Assembly: GCA_017451735.1 (NCBI GenBank)
Contig: JAFTNU010000005.1
Location: 2,611-66,610, forward strand
DNA from: Clostridia bacterium
Lineage (GTDB): Bacteria; Bacillota; Clostridia; Oscillospirales; CAG-272
DNA length: 64,000 bases
Direction of reading: 5' to 3'
Positions 8,746 through 17,715 of the stretch are shown here, piece after piece (position 1 is the first letter of the stretch; every line of letters begins with the position of its first letter). Made by a program: the position numbers and the translations under genes. The notes below the pieces were generated by a model, which was not told the origin of the DNA, searched no databases, and was given only the letters and a program-made list of their open reading frames with translations.

Positions 8746-9906
8746 TCACAGCATCTCGCGATAGGTGCCAAGATAACGGAACTTCTCACTGCTGCATTCC
8801 AGCTCACCCAAAAGGCGCAGGAGCGCGGGGGACTCGATGGGGGATTCCAAATCGAAATAGAAGAGGAACTCAAAGTCGTGTCCGGGCATGGGGCGGGATT
8901 CCAGCTTGGTCAGGTTGATGTTCATGGCGTCGATGCGGGTCAGCAGACGGGAAAGGGTGCCGGGCTTGTGGGGCAGGGTCAGCACGATGGAGGTCTTGTC
9001 GGCACCGGGATAGATCTCGGGCTCCTTGGAAATGCAGATAAAGCGGGTGTAGTTGTTACCGTTGTCCTGAATGGCTTCATCCAGAATTTCCAAGCCGTAG
9101 ATGTCTGCACAATCTCGATTGGCGATGGCGGCAAAGCCCTCACCTGCGTTCTTGACGAATTCCGCCGCCTTTGCCGTGTTGGGATAAGCGGTCGTCTTGA
9201 CATCGCCCAGCTTCTCTAAGTATTGAGCGCATTGAGAAAGCCCCTGCTGGTGGGAGAGCACCTCTCTGATCTCGGATAATTTGGTGCCGGGCTTGGCAAG
9301 CAGGCAGTGATCCACCTTCAGCCGCAGGGCACGGACGATGTAAAAGCTGTGACAGGACATCAGATCGTAAATTTGCGTTACCGAGCCCGCAGTGCTGTTC
9401 TCAATGGGGAGAACACCGTAGCGGCACTCGCCACGGTCGATGGCGTCGAAAACGTCCTCAAAGGTCTTGTAAAAGCTGACCTCGGGGCAGGAAAAGAGCT
9501 TTTCCGCCGCCTTGAGGGAATAAGCGCCCTCCACGCCCTGGCAGGCGACCTTGGCTCTGGCAGGGAAGAGGGGGGAGGTCTCCTTATATGCCTTGGTGAT
9601 CTTGCCCTCCAGCTTAGAGGAGGTGTTCAGCTGCTCGTGCTGATAGGCCTTGGAGACCGAGAGAATGGTGGCGTAAAGGGTGCGGGCGTACTCCTCCATG
9701 TCGGGGCCTGCCAGCTCGGAGATCTTGGCAAGCAGGGCGCGCTCACGCGCCGCGTCGGTTACGGGCTTGCCCACCGAGCGCTTGTATGCCGCCACATCGG
9801 CGGAAACGTTCATGCGCTCACAGAACAGCTTGACCAGCTCGCGGTCGATGCGGTCTATGGCGGCTCTGGATTGCTCCAGAGAAGGAATGCTTTTCTCGTT
9901 GCTCAT
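8746..9906 (-). CDS. pheA: Bifunctional chorismate mutase / prephenate dehydratase (P-protein)
   Basis: CM domain (IDRIDRELVKLFCERM), PDT domain (VACQGVEGAYS, TRF) and ACT domain (TSIVLTLPHKPGTLSRLL). Confidence 0.9.
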   Translation of the reverse strand: MSNEKSIPSLEQSRAAIDRIDRELVKLFCERMNVSADVAAYKRSVGKPVTDAARERALLAKISELAGPDMEEYARTLYATILSVSKAYQHEQLNTSSKLEGKITKAYKETSPLFPARAKVACQGVEGAYSLKAAEKLFSCPEVSFYKTFEDVFDAIDRGECRYGVLPIENSTAGSVTQIYDLMSCHSFYIVRALRLKVDHCLLAKPGTKLSEIREVLSHQQGLSQCAQYLEKLGDVKTTAYPNTAKAAEFVKNAGEGFAAIANRDCADIYGLEILDEAIQDNGNNYTRFICISKEPEIYPGADKTSIVLTLPHKPGTLSRLLTRIDAMNINLTKLESRPMPGHDFEFLFYFDLESPIESPALLRLLGELECSSEKFRYLGTYREML

Positions 9907-9915
9907 ACGTATGCC

Positions 9916-11007
9916 TCACTGATGAGAATTTTCGTCAAGTAACAGGTCCAGCACCGCAAGAGCGGCGGCGGCCTCCACCACAGGCACGGCGCGGACCACC
10001 ACGGTGGGGTCGTGCCTGCCGGGTACCGACATGGTGGTATTTTCCATGCGCAGGAGTGAAACGGTGTCCTGCTCCTTTGAAATCGAAGGGGTGGGCTTGA
10101 ACGCCACACGGAAGATAAGGGGCATTCCGTTGGTCATGCCGCCCAAAATTCCGCCGCAGTGGTTGGTGGCGGTGGTCACGGTCCTGCCGTCGGTACGGTA
10201 GGCGTCGTTATTTTCACTGCCAAACAGCTCGGAGGCACCGAAGCCCTCACCGAACTCCACGCCCTTCACGGCGGGGATGGAAAAGAGCAGAGCGGAAAAA
10301 CGCCCCTCAACACCGGCGAACATATGCTCACCGAGTCCCACGGGCAGACCCGTGACGGCACATTCCACAATACCGCCCACCGAGTTCCGATCGGCCCTGG
10401 CGGCGGTGATGGCCTGTTGCATCGCTGCCCCCGCCTGCTCGTCCAACACAGGGAAGGGAGATTTTTTCAGATTTTCAAGGGTCTCGGCGTCCACGCCCAC
10501 GGCGTCAAAGCGTCTGTCGCGGATGCCGTGGATCGCCTCTATGTGTGCTCCCACGTGAATGCCCTTGGCGGCAAGATATTGCAGTGCCATGCCGCCCGCA
10601 ATGCAGAGCGGCGCGGTCAGCCTGCCCGAAAAGTGTCCGCCGCCCCGCAGGTCTACTTCCTTACCGTACTTGCAAAGGGCGGCGTAGTCGGCGTGACCGG
10701 GACGGGGAGTGTCGTAGATAAAGGAGTAATCCTTGGAATGGGCGTTGGTGTTGCGGATGATGGCATGAATTTCATCACCGTTTGTCCGATTGTCCGACAG
10801 CCCCGTGAGAAATTCGGGCGTGTCGGGCTCCTTGCGGGGGGTGGAGAAGGCGCCGCCGTTGGGGGCGCGCCGCGCCATAAAGCGGAGCAGTACCTCTCGG
10901 TCAAGGGAAAAGCCCTTGGGAAAGCCCGATAGCCTCATGCCGATCTCGGGGTCGTGTGAGCCGCCGTATATGGTCAGATGCAGATTGCTTCCGTATTGGT
11001 TTGCCAT
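9916..11007 (-). CDS. aroC: Chorismate synthase
   Basis: TIYGGSHD, RPGHADY, GGGHFSGR and ARETA-like motifs. The ATG at 11007 is preferred over the TTG at 11022 because AAAGGA lies 6 nt upstream of it. Confidence 0.93.
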   Translation of the reverse strand: MANQYGSNLHLTIYGGSHDPEIGMRLSGFPKGFSLDREVLLRFMARRAPNGGAFSTPRKEPDTPEFLTGLSDNRTNGDEIHAIIRNTNAHSKDYSFIYDTPRPGHADYAALCKYGKEVDLRGGGHFSGRLTAPLCIAGGMALQYLAAKGIHVGAHIEAIHGIRDRRFDAVGVDAETLENLKKSPFPVLDEQAGAAMQQAITAARADRNSVGGIVECAVTGLPVGLGEHMFAGVEGRFSALLFSIPAVKGVEFGEGFGASELFGSENNDAYRTDGRTVTTATNHCGGILGGMTNGMPLIFRVAFKPTPSISKEQDTVSLLRMENTTMSVPGRHDPTVVVRAVPVVEAAAALAVLDLLLDENSHQ

Positions 11008-11018
11008 AAATGTTCCTT

Positions 11019-12443
11019 TCAATCCGCGGATTTTATCAAGTCAAAAAATGTGGGGTAGGATTTTGCCGCTGCTTCGGTGCCGAGAATGATCACATCCCCT
11101 GCGGCGGCAAGCGCCGCAATGGCACCGCTCATGACAATGCGGTGATCGTTGGCACCGTTCACCTCGCCGCCTGTGAAGGATGCATTGCCACCGTCCAAAA
11201 TGATAACGTCCTCTGTAGTGTCAGTCTGAGCATTTCCGTCCAAAATCAAGATGATTTCGTCTTCTGCCGTTGAGGCGGTTTCCCCGCCGATCACGGTTCC
11301 CGGCGGTATAATCAATCCTCCCTTGATTTTGGTGCCTTCAACGATCAGCCCGTCCTCGGCTTCAGTGACCTGACCGCCCAATGCGCGCAACAGTGCGGCG
11401 GTGGTGGCGATGCGGTCGCTTTCCTTCAGTCGCAGACGTGCGGCGCCGGAGATCACCGTTTTACCGTTGGCCGTGGCGGCAAGAACCGAAAGGATCGGTA
11501 CCAGATCGGGGATCTGCTTGGCGTCGATGTCAATGCCGTGCAACGGTGCGGGAGAGACGGTCACTGCGCCCCTTTCCGCATCACGCTCCACCTGGGCACC
11601 GAAGCGCTCCAGCAGGTCAAGGATCGCCATGTCGCCCTGGGAAGAGGAGAGGTCAAGCCCCGTGACCGTCACGGGGTGCTTGCCTATGGCGCCCGCCGCC
11701 AGCGGGAAGGCCGCCCCCGAAAAATCCCCCTCCGGATAGAGGGTGCCGGGAGAGCGCAAGGGCTTTTGTACCCGACCCGCAATGCGGTAGATTCGTCCGT
11801 CCTCCGAGCGCTCGGGAGCCGCACCGAAGGCGGCAAGGGCGTTCACGGTCATGTCGATGTAAGGGGCGGATTCGATCTCCCCCGTCAGGGTAAGGGTGGA
11901 GGGCTCGTCCAATAGCGAAAGGGCGAACAGAAGCCCCGTGATGAACTGAGAGGAGACATTTGCCGCGATGGTATAGTCACCCGCAGGCAATTTGCCCTTG
12001 ACGGTCAGTGAGCCGTCTGCGTTGTCGGTGGAGGTCACCCCGTGGCGAAGCATTTCGCCCGCAAGGGGCTCCATGGGGCGCTCCGGGAGTCTTCCGTGGC
12101 GGATGAAGGTGGCGTCCGCGCCCAGTGCCGCCGCAACCGGAACCATAAAGCGCAGGGTGGAGCCCGATTCTCCGCAATCGAGCGTTACCCCGCGGACGGG
12201 TGCGGAAATCGGCGAGATCTCCAGCCACGCGTTTCCCGTTCCGTCAGGGATCTCCGCAATCCGTGCACCCAGACCGGAAAGGCAACGTACAGTGGCGGCA
12301 ATATCCGCCCCGGCCCCGGTCACGCGGATGCGCGAGGGGCGATCGGCGAAGGCCGCCGCAATCAATACCCGATGAGCCGCCGATTTGGAGGTGGGGGCCA
12401 CCGTCTCACGGACAAAATCGGGGTGATGTAATGTGATATTCAT
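11019..12443 (-). CDS. aroA: 3-phosphoshikimate 1-carboxyvinyltransferase (EPSP synthase) with a ~48-aa C-terminal insertion
   Basis: SKSAAHRVLIAAA, LDCGESGSTLRF, LRLKESDRI and NDHRIVMSGAIAAL. At 474 aa it is longer than the usual ~430. Confidence 0.9.
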   Translation of the reverse strand: MNITLHHPDFVRETVAPTSKSAAHRVLIAAAFADRPSRIRVTGAGADIAATVRCLSGLGARIAEIPDGTGNAWLEISPISAPVRGVTLDCGESGSTLRFMVPVAAALGADATFIRHGRLPERPMEPLAGEMLRHGVTSTDNADGSLTVKGKLPAGDYTIAANVSSQFITGLLFALSLLDEPSTLTLTGEIESAPYIDMTVNALAAFGAAPERSEDGRIYRIAGRVQKPLRSPGTLYPEGDFSGAAFPLAAGAIGKHPVTVTGLDLSSSQGDMAILDLLERFGAQVERDAERGAVTVSPAPLHGIDIDAKQIPDLVPILSVLAATANGKTVISGAARLRLKESDRIATTAALLRALGGQVTEAEDGLIVEGTKIKGGLIIPPGTVIGGETASTAEDEIILILDGNAQTDTTEDVIILDGGNASFTGGEVNGANDHRIVMSGAIAALAAAGDVIILGTEAAAKSYPTFFDLIKSAD

Positions 12444-12541
12444 GTGTTTCTCCTGTAGGGGACGGCGCCTTCGACGTCCCGCTTTTGAGGTTTATGCCGC
12501 ACTGCTGCTCGCAGAGCGGTGTTCGCGACGAAGCGCCGCCG
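12444..12541 (-). other. Structured 98-nt intercistronic spacer inside the aro operon
   Basis: This is the only large gap in the operon. It holds three hairpins (GGGACG/CGTCCC at 12459-12480, CCGCACTGC/GCAGAGCGG at about 12497-12519, TTCG-cga-CGAA). The aroA RBS AGGAGA lies immediately after them. Confidence 0.4.
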
Positions 12542-13597
12542 TTATTTCAATCCGCCCTCGAAAAATTCCGTTAAGCTATCCGCCGGCACGGGATGCAGAC
12601 GACTGTTGCCCACCCGATCCGGGAGTACCAAGGTGATGCTGCCGCCCTTGCGCTTTTTGTCGGAAAGCGCAACCTGTGCCAGCTCCGCCGCACCGTAAGG
12701 GCACTTTGTTGGCAGATGATAAGCCTTCAGCATAGCCTCGATATGGGCGGGCACATCGGCCTCGCAAAGCCCTGCGGTCACCGCCGCCTTCGCCATCAGC
12801 ACCATACCGATGGCCACGGCACAGCCGTGGGAAATGGTAAAATCCGAGAGTGCCTCCACGGCGTGTCCCGCCGTGTGCCCCAAATTCAGAAGCTGTCTGG
12901 CGCCCGTGTCCCGCTCGTCGGCCTCTACCAGATCCCGCTTGTCCGAAACGCAACGGGCGATGATCTCGTCGGGGGCGTCGGCAAAGGGCTTTTTCAGCAG
13001 CTCCAGCAGCTCGGGGTCGTTGATGTAGCCGTATTTGATGACCTCGGCGCACCCGTCGGCAAAGATATTGTCGGGCAACGTGCTCAGGGTGTCGGTGTCA
13101 CAGAAAACCGCCGAGGGCTGATGGAAGGCACCGATCAGATTCTTGCCTACTGCAAGATCGGCACCGGTCTTGCCGCCCACCGAGGAATCCACCATGGCAA
13201 GCAGGGTGGTGGGAAACTGTACAAAGGGGATGCCCCGCAGATAGGTGGCGGCGGCAAAGCCCGCCATGTCACCCACTACGCCGCCGCCCAGAGCGGCCAC
13301 AAAGTCGGTGCGGGTCAGATTCTCCTTGGCCAGCGCCTCCCACATGGAGACGATGGTTGCCGCGGTTTTGGAGGACTCTCCGTGGGGAAATACAAATTCG
13401 CTGACGGTGTAGCCCACATCCTTCAGCGTGGCGATCAGCCGGTCACCCCAGAGCGCCCGCACCGTGTCGTCGGTGATCAGCATCACCTTACGAGGGGCGG
13501 GGAACAGCTTTGTCAAGGACTCGCCGGCGGCGGAAAGAAGTCCCCCGGCGATTTGTACGTCATAGATTTTCGATGCCTTTACCGTTACGGTTTTCAT
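12542..13597 (-). CDS. aroB: 3-dehydroquinate synthase
   Basis: GGGVVGDMAGFAAATYLRGIPFVQFPTTLLAMVDSSVGGKTG and NLGHTAGHAVE. Confidence 0.95.
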   Translation of the reverse strand: MKTVTVKASKIYDVQIAGGLLSAAGESLTKLFPAPRKVMLITDDTVRALWGDRLIATLKDVGYTVSEFVFPHGESSKTAATIVSMWEALAKENLTRTDFVAALGGGVVGDMAGFAAATYLRGIPFVQFPTTLLAMVDSSVGGKTGADLAVGKNLIGAFHQPSAVFCDTDTLSTLPDNIFADGCAEVIKYGYINDPELLELLKKPFADAPDEIIARCVSDKRDLVEADERDTGARQLLNLGHTAGHAVEALSDFTISHGCAVAIGMVLMAKAAVTAGLCEADVPAHIEAMLKAYHLPTKCPYGAAELAQVALSDKKRKGGSITLVLPDRVGNSRLHPVPADSLTEFFEGGLK

Positions 13598-14454
13598 GCC
13601 TTATCCTCGCTTCCTCGGTCTACTCGCTCCTTTGCAAGACGGCCGTCCCGCAGCAGGGCCTTCAATCGCCCTGCGTCTCCCGCCGCCATGGCGTCACGGT
13701 ATTCGGTGAGGGCGTGAATGATACCGTCGATCTCCTCGGTGAGATAGTCGCTGTTTTCCATGAACAGCTCACTCCACATCTGCTCGTTGAGCCATGCCAC
13801 GCGGGTCAGATCCTTATAAGAGCCTGCCGAAAAGCCCTTGTGCACCTGGGCATTGGGACTCTTGACATAGGCGTTGGAGACCACATGCGCCAGCTGAGAG
13901 GTAAAGGCGATGATACGGTCGTGCTTTTCGGCCGTGGAAACGGTGATGGAGCCAAAGCCCACGGGCAGGAGCAGCTCGCGCACGCGCGTGAGAAGCGTCT
14001 CGTCCTCGGGATTCTCGGGGACGATCACCATGGGCGCTCCGCGAAAGAGCCCGTCCTTGCTGTTTCCAAAGCCGGAATATTGGGTGCCTGCCATGGGGTG
14101 GCCGCCCACAAAGGAGAAGCCGTATTCCCGCGCCATGGCAAAGCAGGTGCCGCAGACGCCCCGCTTGGTGCCGCACAGATCGATTACCATCGAATCCTTG
14201 GTCAGGTGGGGGGCGGTCACCCGTAGCCAGGCAATGGCGGCTCTGGGATAGATCGCCAGAAAGATCACGTCGCACTCGGCCACATTTTCTGCGGTCAATC
14301 TGCCGCAGATCGCATTTTCCGCCAGTGCGGCCTCCACCGCCGCATCATCGATGTCATGAGCAAGCACGGCGTGTCCCGCCCCGCTGTATGCCCGTGCCAT
14401 GGAGCCGCCGATCAGACCCAGGCCCACAATGCCCACTTTCAATTGATTACTCAT
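13594..14454 (-). CDS. tyrA: Prephenate dehydrogenase
   Basis: VGIVGLGLIGGSMA Rossmann motif, GGHPMAG and AEKHDRIIAFTSQLAH. ATGA overlap with aroB. Confidence 0.9.
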   Translation of the reverse strand: MSNQLKVGIVGLGLIGGSMARAYSGAGHAVLAHDIDDAAVEAALAENAICGRLTAENVAECDVIFLAIYPRAAIAWLRVTAPHLTKDSMVIDLCGTKRGVCGTCFAMAREYGFSFVGGHPMAGTQYSGFGNSKDGLFRGAPMVIVPENPEDETLLTRVRELLLPVGFGSITVSTAEKHDRIIAFTSQLAHVVSNAYVKSPNAQVHKGFSAGSYKDLTRVAWLNEQMWSELFMENSDYLTEEIDGIIHALTEYRDAMAAGDAGRLKALLRDGRLAKERVDRGSEDKA

Positions 14455-15007
14455 TGTTTTTTTCTTCCTTTCTCGGGATGTGACAGCCTTCGCAGGTCAG
14501 TGTGCAGCAAAGTCGCGCCATTTCGTCGCAGTCCTCCTGCCGCCCGTTCTTCAGCCACTCGATAAATACGTTGTAAAATGCTCCCGCCAGATACAGGTAC
14601 CGATAGCGTGCCTCGGCACTCTCGTCCTCGGGCGGAAAGGTCATTGCCATGTTCTTGTTGATGTTCTCCAAGATCAGCTCACCCAGGTGCGCCCGATAGG
14701 CGGTAATACCCAGGTCACGATACTCTCCCAGCTGCTCAAAAAGAGCACGGTAATAGTCGAATATCTCATCGCGGGTGTTCATTTTCACGATCTTTTCGTG
14801 AATGGAAATGCCCACCTCGTCCATATACTTGTTGAGGATATCCTCCTTTGAGGTGTAATTGCGATAATACGCCATGCGCGAAACACCGGCCTTGCGGGTG
14901 ATATCGGTGATGGAGATCGAATGATAGTCCCGCACCTTCATCAGCTCAATCAGGGCTGTGACGATACATTCCTTTGCCAAACGGTTGGATTCGTTTTTGA
15001 TTTTCAT
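14447..15007 (-). CDS. TetR/AcrR-family transcriptional regulator (resembles the DAK-associated DhaS-like subgroup) with a Cys-rich C-terminus
   Basis: HTH ISITDITRKAGVSRMAYYRNY. C-terminal domain has YLYLAGAFYNVFIEWLKNG. Its stop overlaps the tyrA start by 8 nt. The ATG at 15007 follows AGGGGGG; the listed ORF starts at the TTG at 15013. Confidence 0.88.
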   Translation of the reverse strand: MKIKNESNRLAKECIVTALIELMKVRDYHSISITDITRKAGVSRMAYYRNYTSKEDILNKYMDEVGISIHEKIVKMNTRDEIFDYYRALFEQLGEYRDLGITAYRAHLGELILENINKNMAMTFPPEDESAEARYRYLYLAGAFYNVFIEWLKNGRQEDCDEMARLCCTLTCEGCHIPRKEEKNNE

Positions 15008-15048
15008 GAACAAACCCCCCTAAAATGTCACATCGGTAAGTGAAACGA

Positions 15049-15077
15049 TTGACAGTTTATAAATAAAGTGGTAAAAT
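15049..15077 (+). promoter_or_regulatory. Promoter of the degV/fakB-fakA-DAHP synthase unit
   Basis: TTGACA (15049-15054), 17-nt spacer, TGgTAAAAT (-10 at 15072-15077). Confidence 0.65.
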
Positions 15078-15081
15078 CGTA

Positions 15082-15115
15082 GTGTTACGAATGTAACTGT
15101 TTAAAAGTGTAACAC
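15082..15115. promoter_or_regulatory. Candidate TetR operator (three half-sites)
   Basis: GTGTTAC (15082-15088), gaat, GTAAC (15093-15097), then N9 and GTGTAACAC (15107-15115). GTTACgaatGTAAC is a perfect palindrome. The outer GTGTTAC / GTAACAC form a 7-bp inverted repeat. Confidence 0.45.
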
Positions 15116-15134
15116 GGGAAAAGGCGCTTGTCAA
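15106..15134 (-). promoter_or_regulatory. Promoter of the tetR-aro operon
   Basis: Minus strand reads TTGACA (15134-15129), 17-nt spacer, TGtTACACT (-10 at 15111-15106). Confidence 0.55.
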
Positions 15135-15172
15135 GTGCTTTTTCCGATTCTTTGCAGAAAGGAAACCAAAAT

Positions 15173-16036
15173 ATGAGTTCTTTTGTGATCATCACCGACT
15201 CCTCGGCAGATCTGTCGGCAGAATTGCTTAAGCAATATAATGTCGAATCCCTTCCGCTTGCGGTAACGCTTGAGGGACAGGAGCCCCGCCCCAACAATGA
15301 GATCGATACCAAGGAGTTTTATGCTTTTCTGCGTAGCAAAAAGGGTGCCAAGACCTCTGCCGTCGCTATGGAGCATTTCAAGGAGTTTTTCAGACCCTAT
15401 CTGGAGCAGGGGAAGGATGTCCTTTACCTTGGCTTTTCCTCCGGTCTTTCCAACACCTATAACGCCGGCCGTATCGCCGCCAAGGAGCTGAGCGAGGAAT
15501 ATCCCGAGCGCACGGTTGCCGCAGTCGACACCCTGTGTGCCTCCTTGGGGCAGGGACTGCTGGTCTATCATGCCGCAAAGAAGCGGGATGCGGGTGCCTC
15601 GCTGGAGGAGGTACGCGCCTGGGTCGAGGAAAACAAGCTGCATCTGGTGCATCTGTTTACGGTGGATGATCTGTTTTTCCTCAAGCGCGGCGGGCGCGTC
15701 AGCGCCGTGACCGCCGTGGCAGGCTCGGCACTGGGCATCAAGCCCATCATGCATGTGGACAATGAGGGGCATCTGGTGAAGATCGGCATCAAGCGCGGCC
15801 GCCGCGCCTCTCTTGACGAGCTTTGCAGCCGTATGAAGGAGCTTGCCTTCAACCCCGCAGAGCAGACCGTGTTTATCAGCCATGGTGATTGCGAGGAGGA
15901 TGCCAAATATCTGGCAGACCGCATCCGTGAGACCATGGGAGTCAAGGAGATTCTGATCGATTACGTGGGTCCCGTGATCGGCGCCCATTCCGGCCCCGGC
16001 ACCATGGCACTGTTCTTCCTTGGAAAGGAGCGCTGA
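15173..16036 (+). CDS. DegV-family fatty-acid-binding protein (FakB-like)
   Basis: FVIITDSSADL, TSAVAMEHF and GPVIGAHSGPG. The ATG at 15173 follows AGAAAGGAA. Confidence 0.9.
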   Translation: MSSFVIITDSSADLSAELLKQYNVESLPLAVTLEGQEPRPNNEIDTKEFYAFLRSKKGAKTSAVAMEHFKEFFRPYLEQGKDVLYLGFSSGLSNTYNAGRIAAKELSEEYPERTVAAVDTLCASLGQGLLVYHAAKKRDAGASLEEVRAWVEENKLHLVHLFTVDDLFFLKRGGRVSAVTAVAGSALGIKPIMHVDNEGHLVKIGIKRGRRASLDELCSRMKELAFNPAEQTVFISHGDCEEDAKYLADRIRETMGVKEILIDYVGPVIGAHSGPGTMALFFLGKER

Positions 16037-16037
16037 G

Positions 16038-17669
16038 ATGAAGCTTGACGGTAAAAAATTCAGCGAAATGTGTATTTCGGCTGCCAACGCACTTAACAAC
16101 GACCAGGCAATCATTAATGCCCTTAACGTATTTCCCGTTCCCGATGGAGATACCGGCGTCAATATGAGCTTGACCATGAGCACCCTGCAGAATCTCAATA
16201 ATTTCAGCGGTACGGTCTCCGAGTGCGCCACCAAGGTGGCGGATTATATGCTCCGTGCCGCCAGAGGTAACTCGGGCGCCATCCTCTCCCTGTTCTTCCG
16301 CGGCTTTGCCAAGGCGGTCAAGGGGCTGGACGAGGTGGATGCGGCCGATGTGGCAAGAGCGCTCAATCAGGGCACCAAAGAGGCTTACGGTGCCGTGATG
16401 ACCCCCACCGAGGGGACCATTCTCACGGTCATGCGTATCTGCGCCGAGCATGCTGTCGAGGCAACCGAGCGCGGGGAATATCAGGGTGATATCGTGGGGC
16501 TGTTCGGCTTGATCCTGCGCTCCGCCAACGAGGCACTGGCCATGACTCCCGATCTTTTGCCCGTACTGAAGGAGGCAAACGTGGTGGATGCGGGCGGTAG
16601 CGGCTTTGTCACCGTCCTTGCCGGCATGCTGGCCGCGCTCAACGGCCAACCCGTTGCCCGTATGGGCGGGAACGAGACATCCGCCGGCACCCCCGGTGTT
16701 GCCGATTTCGGCAGCTTTGAAACAGGCGATATCAAGTTTGCTTATTGCACCGAGTGCATCGTGGATAAGGATACCGCGTACAAGGGCGAGGGCACTTGCG
16801 GTGAGCTTCGCGATTATCTCGCGGGGCTTGGCGACAGCCTTGTGTTCATTGACGACGAGAGCATGATCAAGATCCATGTTCATACCAATCACCCCGGTAA
16901 GGTGTTGGAAAAGGCATTGCGTCACGGATCGCTCTATACGGTCAAGATCGAGAATATGCGCAATCAACATACCGAATTGATCGATGAAAAGCCGGCCGCT
17001 CCCAAGGAGCCCCGCAAGCCTGTGGGCTTTGTTTCCATCTCGGTGGGTGAGGGCGTTGCCGCCACCTTCCGCGATTTGGGTGTGGACTATGTGGTGCCCG
17101 GCGGTCAGACCATGAACCCCAGCACCGAGGATGTGCTGAGGGCCATCGATGCGGTCAATGCCGATACCGTTTTTATCCTGCCCAATAACAAGAACATTTT
17201 CCTTGTGGCCGAGCGCGCCGCCGAAATGACCGAGGATAAAAAGATCATCGTCATTCACAGCGCTCAGTTTACCCAGGGCTTTACCGCCATGATGGTGTAT
17301 GACGAGACCCTGGCGCCCGAAGAAAACGCCGCCGCCATGGAAGAGGCGATCACCGGTGTGACCACCCTTTCCTTTACCCGTGCGGTACGCGATGCCGAGA
17401 TCGACGGCCTTTCCATCAAGGATGGGGAAGTGCTGGGCCTTGTGGGCGGTAAGGTCAAATCGGTGGCCGGTGAGATCCCCGCCGCCCTGGCCGCTCTGAT
17501 GGAGCACGTCAGCGAGCCTGCCTTTATTTCGGTCTATTGCGGCGCCGATGCCGTTCCCGAGATCACCGCCAAGGTGGAGGAGATGCTCCGCACCAATGCC
17601 CCCGATGCCGAGCTGATGGTACTGGACGGCGGTCAGCCTCTTTACGACTATGTGATCGCGGTCGAATAA
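16038..17669 (+). CDS. DAK2-domain protein (YloV/FakA-like fatty-acid kinase subunit)
   Basis: DhaL-type motif VFPVPDGDTGVNM, ARGNSGAILS and DAGGSGF. Starts 1 nt after the degV stop, preceded by RBS GGAAAGGAG. Confidence 0.85.
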   Translation: MKLDGKKFSEMCISAANALNNDQAIINALNVFPVPDGDTGVNMSLTMSTLQNLNNFSGTVSECATKVADYMLRAARGNSGAILSLFFRGFAKAVKGLDEVDAADVARALNQGTKEAYGAVMTPTEGTILTVMRICAEHAVEATERGEYQGDIVGLFGLILRSANEALAMTPDLLPVLKEANVVDAGGSGFVTVLAGMLAALNGQPVARMGGNETSAGTPGVADFGSFETGDIKFAYCTECIVDKDTAYKGEGTCGELRDYLAGLGDSLVFIDDESMIKIHVHTNHPGKVLEKALRHGSLYTVKIENMRNQHTELIDEKPAAPKEPRKPVGFVSISVGEGVAATFRDLGVDYVVPGGQTMNPSTEDVLRAIDAVNADTVFILPNNKNIFLVAERAAEMTEDKKIIVIHSAQFTQGFTAMMVYDETLAPEENAAAMEEAITGVTTLSFTRAVRDAEIDGLSIKDGEVLGLVGGKVKSVAGEIPAALAALMEHVSEPAFISVYCGADAVPEITAKVEEMLRTNAPDAELMVLDGGQPLYDYVIAVE

Positions 17670-17715
17670 GACAAAAATTCAATTCAAATTCAAAAGAGAG
17701 AAAGAAGTGTAAATT

